Source of the DNA: Fibrobacteria bacterium
GTDB taxonomy: Bacteria > Fibrobacterota > Fibrobacteria > UBA11236
Length of the DNA stretch: 38,435 bases
Assembly: GCA_041746255.1 (NCBI GenBank)
Contig: JBGTHM010000089.1
Location: 1-38,435, forward strand
Direction: 5' to 3'
Shown here: piece by piece, positions 28,450 to 37,057 of the stretch
Layout of the letters: each line of letters opens with the position of its first letter
How positions within the stretch are numbered: the first letter of the stretch is position 1
Position numbers and translations under genes: made by a program
Notes under the pieces: model-generated
Told to the model about the DNA's origin: nothing
Databases searched by the model: none
What the model saw: only the letters and a program-made list of their open reading frames with translations

Positions 28450-30660
28450 CTAGGGGGTATGCGAGCCGTTACGTACGGTCTGCGGCTGCGAAGCTGGGAC
28501 CAGGTGCAGCGCCTGCAACAAGGCTTCGGCTTTGGCCATGGCTTCGGCGTATTCTTCCGCGGCATCCGATTCCATCACGACGGCGCCGCCGCATCCGATG
28601 GAGACTTCGCCCTGGGCCAGCACCAGGGTACGGATGACCATGCTGAGGTCCATGGCACCGTCATAGCCCAGATAGCCGAGGGCGCCGGAATAGACGCCAC
28701 GCGGGGCGCCTTCCAGGCCGTTGATGATTTCCATGGTGCGTAATTTGGGGGCGCCCGTCATGGAGCCGCCGGGAAAACAGGTCCGGACGGCATCCAAAGC
28801 GGCGAACTCGGGGCGCAGTTTTCCATGCACTTCGGAAACCAATTGCAATACCGAGGGATGCACCTCCACTTGCATCATGGCGGGTGCGGTTACGCTTCCG
28901 GGTTCGCAGATTTTACCGAAGTCGTTACGCACCAAATCGACTATCATCAGGTTCTCGGAGAAGTCCTTGCCGTGCGAAAGCAATTCGGCGGTAAGCCGCG
29001 CGTCATCACGGCCATCGGGTTCGCGTCGGCGCGTGCCCTTGATGGGACGGGAAACCAGCTCTCCGTGCGTGTCGAGTTTCAGGAAGCATTCCGGGGAGGA
29101 CGAAAGCACTTCAACTCCGGGAAACCGGTAATAGGCCGCGTAGGGCGCGGGATTCACCCGGCGTAGAACGCGGTAGAGGTCGGTGGCTGACCCGGACCAC
29201 GGAAGTTTCAAGGTTTGGGTAAGGCAGACTTCGTAAGTTTCGCCTTCACGTATGGCGGCTTGGATGGTTTTGATGGCTTCCTGATACTTTTCGCGGCCCA
29301 GGCTTTCTTGCGGGGCCTGCCGGGGAGAATCGGAGTCGGAGTGCCCGGCAGCTACCGGGCTTGCTTCTGCATCAAGCACGGTTTCGAGGCTGCATTCGTT
29401 TAAGGCAAGGCTGCTCCAGGTTTCCCGCACTTGAGTGAACCAAGCGTCTTCATCGCCTTCCGGCCCGGTTTCGCCGGTAGCAGGCGCTTTGGCGGCGGGA
29501 ATGGAAATCGCATAAACCCGTTGACCGGCATGATCAAAAGCTAAGAGTCGATCCGGTTCCATGAAATGCCCATCGGGCGGGCCGAGCGGGTTTCCGGTTT
29601 TTAATCCGTCACGATAACGCGGTGGGGAAGTGAATTCCCGTAATTCATAGCCGAGATAACCGACCAAGCCGCCGGAGAAGGGGAGTCGCGACAAAGGCGG
29701 CGTCCGGGAAACCCGGCGGCGGGCCAGATAGTCTTTTAAAAAGGAGAAGGGGTCGCCTTCGTGTTGACTTCCATGCGTGTGAACACTGGCGCCCCGTATT
29801 TCAAACGTGCGGGCGCCTCTGCCCATGAAGGAAAAGCGCGGGATGGCCGAGGCTGGTTCCTGCGCTTCGCGCTTGTGATTACCCAGCGGATCGCGGCTGT
29901 CGAGCCAGAAAGAAGTGGGGGACCCCTCGAAGAAATTCAGGAAAACCGACTCGGGGTCGCGCCAGGGCAATTCCAGGCATTGGGGTTCGTTATCCTTGGC
30001 CGCGGACATGGGCACGGTGGGTAACTTGCGCGTATCGCCGGTTCTGAGTGGTGAGGGATATGTTTTGCCGGCAGGCTTTCCGCTGAGCAGCAGGAAATTT
30101 TCCATGAGCAGGTGGCCGTTGGGTGTTCCAATGGATTCGGGATGGAATTGTAAACCGAAGTGGGGCCGCCCCGGTGCAGCCAACCCCATGATGACGCCGT
30201 CTTCCTCGGACCAAGCGGTAACTTCGTCGCCATGCGGTTCCGGCGCGGTTACGGCCAGGGAATGGTAGCGCACCGCCGGAAAGGATTCGGGGAGTCCCTG
30301 GAATAATCCCGTTCCCCGGTGGCGTATGGCGGAAATTTTACCATGCCGGACTTGGGGCGCATGCCCTACCGCGAATCCCAATTCCAGGGCCAGCCCCTGA
30401 TGGCCGAGGCAGATACCTAGTATCGGACACTCGGGAAAAGCGGAGAAGATTTGGGAGCAAATGCCGAAGTCGTTGGTTTGGGCGGGGTGTCCGGGGCCGG
30501 GTGAAATCACGATATTATCGAAGGAAAGGGAACGAATCCCGGCCAAATCCATTTCATCGTTGCGAATCACCAAAGGCTTTACCCCGTTCAGCCGCCACAG
30601 AAGCTGGAACAGGTTATAGCTGTAGGAGTCGTAATTTTCTAGGAGCAGCGTCTGGATCAT
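28450..30660 (-). CDS. pabB: Fused aminodeoxychorismate synthase (PabA glutamine amidotransferase + PabB)
   Basis: NYDSYSYN, ISPGPG, GICLGHQ, QFHPES; then SSSPECFL, PIKGT (PabB-type rather than TrpE PIAGT), ENLMIVDLVRND, FPGGSMTGAPK. Confidence 0.92.
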   Translation of the reverse strand: MIQTLLLENYDSYSYNLFQLLWRLNGVKPLVIRNDEMDLAGIRSLSFDNIVISPGPGHPAQTNDFGICSQIFSAFPECPILGICLGHQGLALELGFAVGHAPQVRHGKISAIRHRGTGLFQGLPESFPAVRYHSLAVTAPEPHGDEVTAWSEEDGVIMGLAAPGRPHFGLQFHPESIGTPNGHLLMENFLLLSGKPAGKTYPSPLRTGDTRKLPTVPMSAAKDNEPQCLELPWRDPESVFLNFFEGSPTSFWLDSRDPLGNHKREAQEPASAIPRFSFMGRGARTFEIRGASVHTHGSQHEGDPFSFLKDYLARRRVSRTPPLSRLPFSGGLVGYLGYELREFTSPPRYRDGLKTGNPLGPPDGHFMEPDRLLAFDHAGQRVYAISIPAAKAPATGETGPEGDEDAWFTQVRETWSSLALNECSLETVLDAEASPVAAGHSDSDSPRQAPQESLGREKYQEAIKTIQAAIREGETYEVCLTQTLKLPWSGSATDLYRVLRRVNPAPYAAYYRFPGVEVLSSSPECFLKLDTHGELVSRPIKGTRRREPDGRDDARLTAELLSHGKDFSENLMIVDLVRNDFGKICEPGSVTAPAMMQVEVHPSVLQLVSEVHGKLRPEFAALDAVRTCFPGGSMTGAPKLRTMEIINGLEGAPRGVYSGALGYLGYDGAMDLSMVIRTLVLAQGEVSIGCGGAVVMESDAAEEYAEAMAKAEALLQALHLVPASQPQTVRNGSHTP

Positions 30661-30713
30661 AATGGGGATGGGCGTTCAAGCCGAAATAAAGAATAACAAC
30701 AATGTCGGCCCTC

Positions 30714-30739
30714 CGAACTTAGCATAAATGTTAAGTTCG
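30714..30739. promoter_or_regulatory. Operator-like inverted repeat in the divergent pabAB / Hcp-fusion intergenic region
   Basis: CGAACTTAGCAT-AA-ATGTTAAGTTCG: 12-bp arms with one mismatch and no T tract. Confidence 0.45.
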
Positions 30740-30882
30740 AGCGGAAAATTTCCGGTATTTCCCCCTTTTCGGGAATTCAGGGGGGCACCCCACTCCATGC
30801 ATGTGACCGCCATCACCCGGGCTCCCCGAACCCGCAACCCTGAAAGTATCTTTTTTCCTCAAACCAATATTGCGAATAAACC

Positions 30883-33800
30883 GTGCCGCTCAAAACCTAC
30901 ATCCGCCTGGCCGGAACCAACGGATTCCTTCCCGGGCCAATCGACCTTCCCGGTCGTGAGAACGCCTACCTGCTGCTGGAAGGCGCGCACGCCGTGCGCA
31001 TGTTGAGCCGCCGTAGCAACGGTTTTACCGGCACCCGCCACTTCCGCTTCCACGAACCCTTCTTCGCCTCTTTTCCTTTGGACAAAGCCTACCCCTCCTT
31101 GATGGAATGCCTGTGCCATGGCGGCACGTTGCCCGTGGTGGAAATTTCGCTGTGGGATTTGGTGGAGGGTAGCGTCGAGGAAGAGCCGAAGGAAAAGCGG
31201 GTGTTTCTCTTTACGCTTGAGAATGTGCGGCTGACGCAGGTACGGACGCGGATGCGCGAGGCGCGTTTGGACCGGATTCGCGGCGGCAAGTTGATGCAGG
31301 CGCGGGTAGGCATGGTCTATGACAAGGTGACCTGGCTGCATGACGAAGGGTATATCCTTTTCTGGGACAGTCTGAAGGATACGGGCAAGGAAGAGGCCAA
31401 GCCGGAGGAGGATTGGGACGAAGCGGAACCCGCGGCGGCGCCTGAGAAAAAGGCCGTGGAGGTGTTGTTGCAAAACCCTCTGTGGGACGTGGCGGAAGTG
31501 GGCTTCAACGAGGAGGCGACGCTGTCGGTTGACTGCGAACTGCCGGAGGAACACAAAAGCCGCAAGCGGGTGGAGTTCGTGCTTTTCGCCAAGACACCGA
31601 AGGGGCCCGAACAAATTGCCAAAGCCGACGGGTTTACCGAGAACGGACGCGCGACATGTAAGATGCCGGTGTATAAGCCGCGCTACCGTGGGGAAGACGG
31701 CGAGGCGCTTAAAGAGGTGGAATATTTTTTCACGGCCAAGCATACCCTGTCGGAGCCGGTGGATTCGGGAGCCAAGCCCGAGGGCGTGAAGTCGGTGGAT
31801 AAGATGGCGGATCCGCTGATTGATACGCATGTGGTGGCGGGCGTGACCTTCGGTTTCGATTCCAGCTTTTTGCATCCGGACCAGATTCCGAAATTAAAAG
31901 AGTTGTGCGAGAAAATCGCGGCCTGGAGGAAGAATTATCCGGACGGTAAGATGGCGTTGTTCGGGCATACGGATGCGGTGGGCAAGGAAACGTATAACAA
32001 AGGGCTGTCGGAGCGGCGGGCGCGTTCGGTGTATGCGTTTTTAATGGGCGATCCGAGCGTGTGGGAGGAATTGCATAAGGAGGAGAGTTGGAGTTTTGCC
32101 TGCACGCAGGCTTTGGTGAAACAGGCGGGTTACGACCCCGGGGCAATTGATGGGGCGGATGGGCCTAAGACGCAAGGGGCGGTGAAGGATTTTCAGGAGG
32201 CGCAGGGTCTCAAGGCCGATGGGATTGCCGGGCCGCAGACGCGGGAGGCGCTGTTCATCGAATTCATGCGGGCGGTTCCGAAAGCGCAGAAATTGGCCCT
32301 GACGCCCAAACACTTCGACAAGGTGGACGGGCAACCGCATATGGGTTGCAGCGAGTTCAATCGGGTGGAGGTGACGGAGGATAAGAGCGAGGCGAACCGG
32401 CGGGTGACGGTGGTGCTGGTGAAGTCGAGCCAGACGTTTCCGGTGGAGTATCCCTGTAAGCGCGGGAATATCGGGCCGTGCCAGGGCCAGGTGAAGAAGG
32501 CGGGAGAGCGGCGGACGAAGGGGTTTGGGTGCGCGTTTTATGATGGGTTGGTGGTTGAGAAAAAGGGCAACAATGTAAAACCCCCTATAAATCGGAAAGT
32601 GAAATTTGTTGGAATTACCGATGAGCAGGTCAAGCAGTATGTTAATCTCCCCTCAGGTAAAATAGGTAATGGAATTGAACGGTTTTTAGAAGTTGAAATT
32701 GAAGGCGCTGCCGATGGGCAGCCTGTTTTTTGGACCGTTTCAGGAAATGAAAATAATAGCAAAAGGACTGATCCTAAAACGGGAATTCGAGCATCCGAAC
32801 CCGAAGCGCTAAAACCTTTCAAAATCGAGCCACCGTTAAATGCTCCCAGAGTCGAAATGAGCACAAAGGTTAAGAATAAAAAATCTTCCATCATCCTTAG
32901 TTGTGGGGTCGCAGGAGGAGATAGCTTTATCGTAGAAGCGGGGGTATCCAAAGAGAAAATGGATGTAAAAGTTACTGTAGTTAATTGGAGAAAGCTGGAA
33001 TACGAAATTATTCAACCCCTTTCCAAGGGCGAACATCGCCTTACCGATTACACCGTTTTCAATGCAGATAAAACTCCCGGACTGTCTGTAAAATCGAAGG
33101 ATTATTTAAAAAAGGTTTTGGGGAATTGTTTTGTTGAATTTGACCAAGCACACGCCGACGTCTTTGGAAAAAAGGATATTCCACTTAATGGAGAGCACAA
33201 CATTTTTGATGGGAAGTATCTCAGAAAAAACCCTGGGAAGAAAATTGTGGTTCTTTCATTTGATCAAACTGAAGAAATTCTACGCAATAAAGGAAAACAT
33301 CAAAAAAACCATCGTACTGCCTCCATGGTTTGGTGCGATTATTTGGCCGATTTTATTGAGTGGGACGAATTATTTTCAGGCATAGTTGAACCAGCTGATC
33401 TACTTACCGAGCGGGTAATATTTGAAAGAGCGATTGATAATGCCTTAGGCTATCCACACGGAAGCTACTCAATATCCCAAATTCAATGGGGCGCAACTAA
33501 ATGGCAAGATGTTTCCTCAGGCATCCCAATATGGAAAGAAATTTCATCACCATCGGATCCTGGCTGGGAATTTAAAAAGGGCGGTATTCTATCAAATGAA
33601 GCAGAAATAAAAGACCATATTCAATTTAAAGATTTTCGGACAGTTGCGATTCGATTTCCGGATTCAAAACCGAATTATCCTGGTAAGATAATTGAAAAGA
33701 ATATTGGAGGCCAATTCACCGATAAAGGTGCGATAATCGGACTGACAATAAGGATCCGTGGGATAGCGTGCGAAATGGATACGAATGGTGCAGCATTAAA

Positions 33801-34215
33801 TGGTGATATTTGGATGAATACATTTGCAGGAGAAGCTCATGATGTAGGCATGGCTGCAGTTATTGCCCATGAGCTTGCACATAACATGGGCCAAGCCTAT
33901 GCTGATAAATCGATTGACTCCGTTTTTGGCCGACCTACGGCTAAACAGATTCCGGGAGTCCCCTTCCCAAAGGGAGTACCTGAAGGTGATATGTACGGTG
34001 GAAAAGGCCATCAGGGAACACATTGTGCCAATGGAGTAAAAAACAAAAGTGCCAAATCCTTCCATACCACAGTGGCAGCCTTAGAGCGAACGTGCATAAT
34101 GTTTGGCGCTTCAGGAATGGATGATCCAAGTGAGTATTCATTTTGTACAGATTGTACGTCGTACATTAAGGCAGAAAATATTAGTGATATTCGAAAATCT
34201 TGGAGTTCCTTATGA
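30883..34215 (+). CDS. Hcp/TssD-like + OmpA-like + peptidoglycan-binding + HEXXH metallopeptidase-like fusion; putative polymorphic toxin
   Basis: aa 1-165 follow the Hcp pattern (HEPF...LDKAYPSLMECLCHGGTLPVVEISLW...FTLENVRL...VGMVYDKVTWLH...WDS). OmpA motifs FGFDSSFL, GHTDAVGKETYNKGLSERRARSV, ANRRV. PG-binding GYDPGAIDGADGPKTQGAVKDFQEAQGLKADGIAGPQT. HELAHNMG at 33868 with HC, CIM and FCxxC downstream. Confidence 0.8.
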   Translation: MPLKTYIRLAGTNGFLPGPIDLPGRENAYLLLEGAHAVRMLSRRSNGFTGTRHFRFHEPFFASFPLDKAYPSLMECLCHGGTLPVVEISLWDLVEGSVEEEPKEKRVFLFTLENVRLTQVRTRMREARLDRIRGGKLMQARVGMVYDKVTWLHDEGYILFWDSLKDTGKEEAKPEEDWDEAEPAAAPEKKAVEVLLQNPLWDVAEVGFNEEATLSVDCELPEEHKSRKRVEFVLFAKTPKGPEQIAKADGFTENGRATCKMPVYKPRYRGEDGEALKEVEYFFTAKHTLSEPVDSGAKPEGVKSVDKMADPLIDTHVVAGVTFGFDSSFLHPDQIPKLKELCEKIAAWRKNYPDGKMALFGHTDAVGKETYNKGLSERRARSVYAFLMGDPSVWEELHKEESWSFACTQALVKQAGYDPGAIDGADGPKTQGAVKDFQEAQGLKADGIAGPQTREALFIEFMRAVPKAQKLALTPKHFDKVDGQPHMGCSEFNRVEVTEDKSEANRRVTVVLVKSSQTFPVEYPCKRGNIGPCQGQVKKAGERRTKGFGCAFYDGLVVEKKGNNVKPPINRKVKFVGITDEQVKQYVNLPSGKIGNGIERFLEVEIEGAADGQPVFWTVSGNENNSKRTDPKTGIRASEPEALKPFKIEPPLNAPRVEMSTKVKNKKSSIILSCGVAGGDSFIVEAGVSKEKMDVKVTVVNWRKLEYEIIQPLSKGEHRLTDYTVFNADKTPGLSVKSKDYLKKVLGNCFVEFDQAHADVFGKKDIPLNGEHNIFDGKYLRKNPGKKIVVLSFDQTEEILRNKGKHQKNHRTASMVWCDYLADFIEWDELFSGIVEPADLLTERVIFERAIDNALGYPHGSYSISQIQWGATKWQDVSSGIPIWKEISSPSDPGWEFKKGGILSNEAEIKDHIQFKDFRTVAIRFPDSKPNYPGKIIEKNIGGQFTDKGAIIGLTIRIRGIACEMDTNGAALNGDIWMNTFAGEAHDVGMAAVIAHELAHNMGQAYADKSIDSVFGRPTAKQIPGVPFPKGVPEGDMYGGKGHQGTHCANGVKNKSAKSFHTTVAALERTCIMFGASGMDDPSEYSFCTDCTSYIKAENISDIRKSWSSL

Positions 34216-35249
34216 GCATTCGATCGATATATGGTTTTGTAGTAGCTTTAATTTTTTTTTCTTGGGGATTTAATATGAGCATTGATAAAGGCCCACTGGG
34301 ATTTTCAGGCCAGGATTATTGGAACGCTAAGAATATTTCTTTAGGAGATATTTCAGGCCCTTGGCTTTGGGATGAGATTTCAAAAATTGTTATCGACGTT
34401 CCGAGCAAAGTCGACTTAGGCGAACACTCTAGCATACCGTTAATTTGCTTAAGAACAGGATCAAAAGAAAAGTTTAGACTCTTTTCACTTAAACTCACTT
34501 CGCAATTAGTTTTGGTACATTTGGAATCAGGGACTATTATAATTGACAAGCTTACAAAGTCACCGGATAGACTAAACACCCATAAAACTTCTCCTGGCTT
34601 TATAAGTGATAGAGCTCAAGTAAATCTATTAGAAAAAATTGATCCAAGCTTGGCGATTGGAAAATTTGTCGCCAAGATAATTTGTGGACCAGAAGCCTCG
34701 AATCAACGCTTTTTTGAAATTATTCCAGAAAAAAGAAACGAAGGAATGACTGGATCCCTTTCTGCGTTAGAAACATTCCGCCAAGTAGGAGCACCCCCAA
34801 CGAATTATCACTATTTTGATTCACTAGAGATACAACAATTGCCGCTCGACACTGATGTTAAAAGAGTTTCCAAATGGATTATTTCCAAGGCCGCAACAGG
34901 AAGTTCATCGAAATTTCAGGTCCGGCTTTCCTTCAAGGTTCAAGGTCTTCCCAAATTTGTTTTTCCCCAAAAGAAAGTAATTCTTGATTCAAAGAAGCGA
35001 AAGATTTATGGATACATTCCGATTAGTTTCATTGGATTTGATGAGGATAGGCAGTTGGTTGTCCAGCAGTCGCTTGATATGCCGATTTTTATTAAACCTG
35101 AGGGCGAGTCCGATTCGCCTTGGTTATCGGGACACGTAATAATGGATGTATCCGCAATGCTACCGGCTGCTGGAAAAATGTCCGCACTTTCACTTTGGGT
35201 GTTTAGTATGGACCAGAGTGGAATGCTTGAATTTGAAATATTGAAGTAA
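34212..35249 (+). CDS. Exported hypothetical protein; putative cognate immunity protein
   Basis: ATG 34212 overlaps the upstream TGA (ATGA); hydrophobic N-terminus IYGFVVALIFFSWG; low GC like the adjacent tip; has a downstream paralog. Confidence 0.7.
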   Translation: MSIRSIYGFVVALIFFSWGFNMSIDKGPLGFSGQDYWNAKNISLGDISGPWLWDEISKIVIDVPSKVDLGEHSSIPLICLRTGSKEKFRLFSLKLTSQLVLVHLESGTIIIDKLTKSPDRLNTHKTSPGFISDRAQVNLLEKIDPSLAIGKFVAKIICGPEASNQRFFEIIPEKRNEGMTGSLSALETFRQVGAPPTNYHYFDSLEIQQLPLDTDVKRVSKWIISKAATGSSSKFQVRLSFKVQGLPKFVFPQKKVILDSKKRKIYGYIPISFIGFDEDRQLVVQQSLDMPIFIKPEGESDSPWLSGHVIMDVSAMLPAAGKMSALSLWVFSMDQSGMLEFEILK

Positions 35250-35252
35250 ATC

Positions 35253-35456
35253 ATGATCTGTACCTCGTTTGACAAAGTCGCATTGGGACGCAAAGCCGTA
35301 AGTGGTCCATGGGGCGGAGATGGCGGCACCGTTCCCCACAACCTGATTGTCATTGATTACAACAATACCATCCACACAATGTGCGTCTTTCATGAACTGG
35401 GCCATATCATGAATCCGCGCAAAGGTTCTTTCTGATATTCGGAATCTTGGCCATGA
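35253..35456 (+). pseudogene. Orphan remnant of an alternative HEXXH toxin tip (internally deleted and frameshifted)
   Basis: CVFHELGHIMN (HELGH at 35391-35405) is joined out of frame to AKVLSDIR..SWP*, which matches the toxin end AENISDIRKSWSSL*. DNA TGATATTCGGAATCTTGG (35433) versus TGATATTCGAAAATCTTGG (34185). Confidence 0.72.
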
Positions 35457-35465
35457 GGAAACCTT

Positions 35466-36188
35466 ATGAGGAATTTTTGTATTCATGGGTTGATTGTATT
35501 TTTTGTTGGAGATACGATAACTATGGCAAATGAAATCTGACCCTTGAATCTTTCCGGAGACCAATATTGGAATATGCCGCTTAGTCATACGGGTGACATC
35601 GGAATGGATAGGTTGGGAGAGATCGATGGTATGCTATTGGACGCCCCTCCCCGGATTTTCCTGGACCGACATTCCACAATTCCATTGATCGCACTTAGAA
35701 CTTCCCCGAAGTTCAAAGCGCAGAATTCATCGTTGGCAAAAACTGCACAGTTAACGATTGTTCATTTGGAAACCGGGATTACTCAAGTGGTAAAATTCCA
35801 AAAGAGCCCCGACATTGAAGATCCCAATCCACCCTCTCCCGGCTGGATAAATGAATGGGTGGAGGAGGAACTGAAATCTTTTGTCAACCTTGGCCCGGAA
35901 ATCGGAAAATACCTTTTAAGGCTTCTTGATGGACCTGAAGCATCGAATTCCAGGGTGATTCAGATTTTTCCCGAACCGAATTCAGAAAATAGCCAAGAGA
36001 CGAAGGAAAAATTGCATCACTTAAGAATAGGCTCCAGTGGAATGCTCATGGATTTCATTGAAAGACGAATTTTTTATGAAGCCTTTGTCGCTATTGTTGC
36101 AGCAATCGTGGGGTTTGCCTTTGGGTGGCTTTATATTATTGTACGGATTTTAAAAAGAAGGTCTTCTGTTGTTGTAAGGCAGGCATAA
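35466..36188 (+). pseudogene. Disrupted and truncated paralog of the putative immunity gene
   Basis: MRNFCIHGLIVFFVGDTITMANEI*PLNLSGDQYWN has an in-frame TGA at 35538 where the paralog reads GPLGFSGQDYWN. Shared HSxIPLIxLRT, QLxxVHLExG, KSPD, SPG, IGK, GPEASN. Homology ends near 36030. Confidence 0.8.
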
Positions 36189-36221
36189 AAAGGTTCTCCT
36201 AGTTATGGGACTAGGAGAACC
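36187..36221 (-). terminator. Rho-independent terminator
   Basis: GGTTCTCCTAGT/ACTAGGAGAACC perfect 12-bp stem with a T run on the minus strand, just after 36232..36438. Confidence 0.85.
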
Positions 36222-36231
36222 CAAAAGGGAT

Positions 36232-36438
36232 TTAGGATGTATGACATGTTGGGGAGCATGTAGCACATCCATCGGCTGTCCTATACGTTAGCTTGGCCTT
36301 TTCCACCGCACTTCGGCAATTGGAATGCCAGCCTAAATCCTTTTTACTTTGGATTCGACTTAACCAAGCACATCCTTCTTCATGGACTTCGTGATCTCCA
36401 TTTGGCTGCGCGGTATTGTTTACATAATAATTTGGCAT
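36232..36438 (-). CDS. Small Cys/His-rich protein, probably metal-binding
   Basis: YYVN...NGDHEVH...C...C...DGCATCSPTCHT; GGAGG RBS; has its own terminator. Confidence 0.8.
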   Translation of the reverse strand: MPNYYVNNTAQPNGDHEVHEEGCAWLSRIQSKKDLGWHSNCRSAVEKAKLTYRTADGCATCSPTCHTS

Positions 36439-36740
36439 AATGCCCTCCGATATTTTTATTGGATGTAGCGAATAGAAGAATCTCTATAGCTTTAACCAAT
36501 GTAACGCCTGATACGGACAAATTTTGTCCCTGTGAAGAATTCCTTCAAAATTTTTTAATCCCCAACATTTCCGCAGAAATACTCGTAACTCGTTGATATT
36601 AAATAAAATGCGGCGAATTTGAGCCCTATATCGATATATCGCGATATGTTTAAGTGCTCATTTGAGCAGTAGGGTAACATGGAAATTGCTAATTTTAAAA
36701 GGGTGAGCAATGTCGCTCTACCAATCGAAAGGTTCTAATT

Positions 36741-36977
36741 ATGAGTGGAAGAAAAGTGATTCACGTTGTTCCTAATAAGAAGGAGGGTGGATGGGATGTA
36801 AAACAACAAGGGAAATCCGAACCCATAAGCCACCATCGGTTAAAGGAACGTGCTGTAGACAGAGGAAAGAGTGAGGCAAAGGATGCCCCAAAGGGGCAAA
36901 TTAAAATCCATAAGCAGGGTGGTCAGATCCAAACTGAACACACTTACGGGGGAGAGCCCAACGGTATTCCTGGTTAG
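36741..36977 (+). CDS. DUF2188-like small basic protein (copy 1)
   Basis: HVVP...GGWDVK...IHKQGGQIQTEHTYG pattern. Confidence 0.85.
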   Translation: MSGRKVIHVVPNKKEGGWDVKQQGKSEPISHHRLKERAVDRGKSEAKDAPKGQIKIHKQGGQIQTEHTYGGEPNGIPG

Positions 36978-36982
36978 GATTG

Positions 36983-37020
36983 AGTAGGTCCAGAACTTCC
37001 ATTTTCTGGACCTACTTTTT
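36983..37020 (+). terminator. Rho-independent terminator
   Basis: AGTAGGTCCAGAA/TTCTGGACCTACT 13-bp stem followed by TTTT. Confidence 0.85.
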
Positions 37021-37057
37021 ACTAAAATTTTCATTTCATAAATAATTAGGAGATGGT

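Noticed and set aside
28443..28565. N-terminal extension of bioA
   Set aside because: Overlaps the pabAB 3' end; homology starts at MNLIERD (28442).
28450..30660. Anthranilate synthase (TrpEG)
   Set aside because: PIKGT motif and N-terminal amidotransferase order favour PabAB.
30883..34215. Complete T6SS cluster, or a TssL/TagL membrane anchor
   Set aside because: No other tss genes in the window, and the protein has no transmembrane or signal segment.
35544..36188. Intact 214-aa gene starting at TTG 35544
   Set aside because: An upstream in-frame leader with a stop at 35538 and loss of the paralog's C-terminal half indicate a pseudogene.
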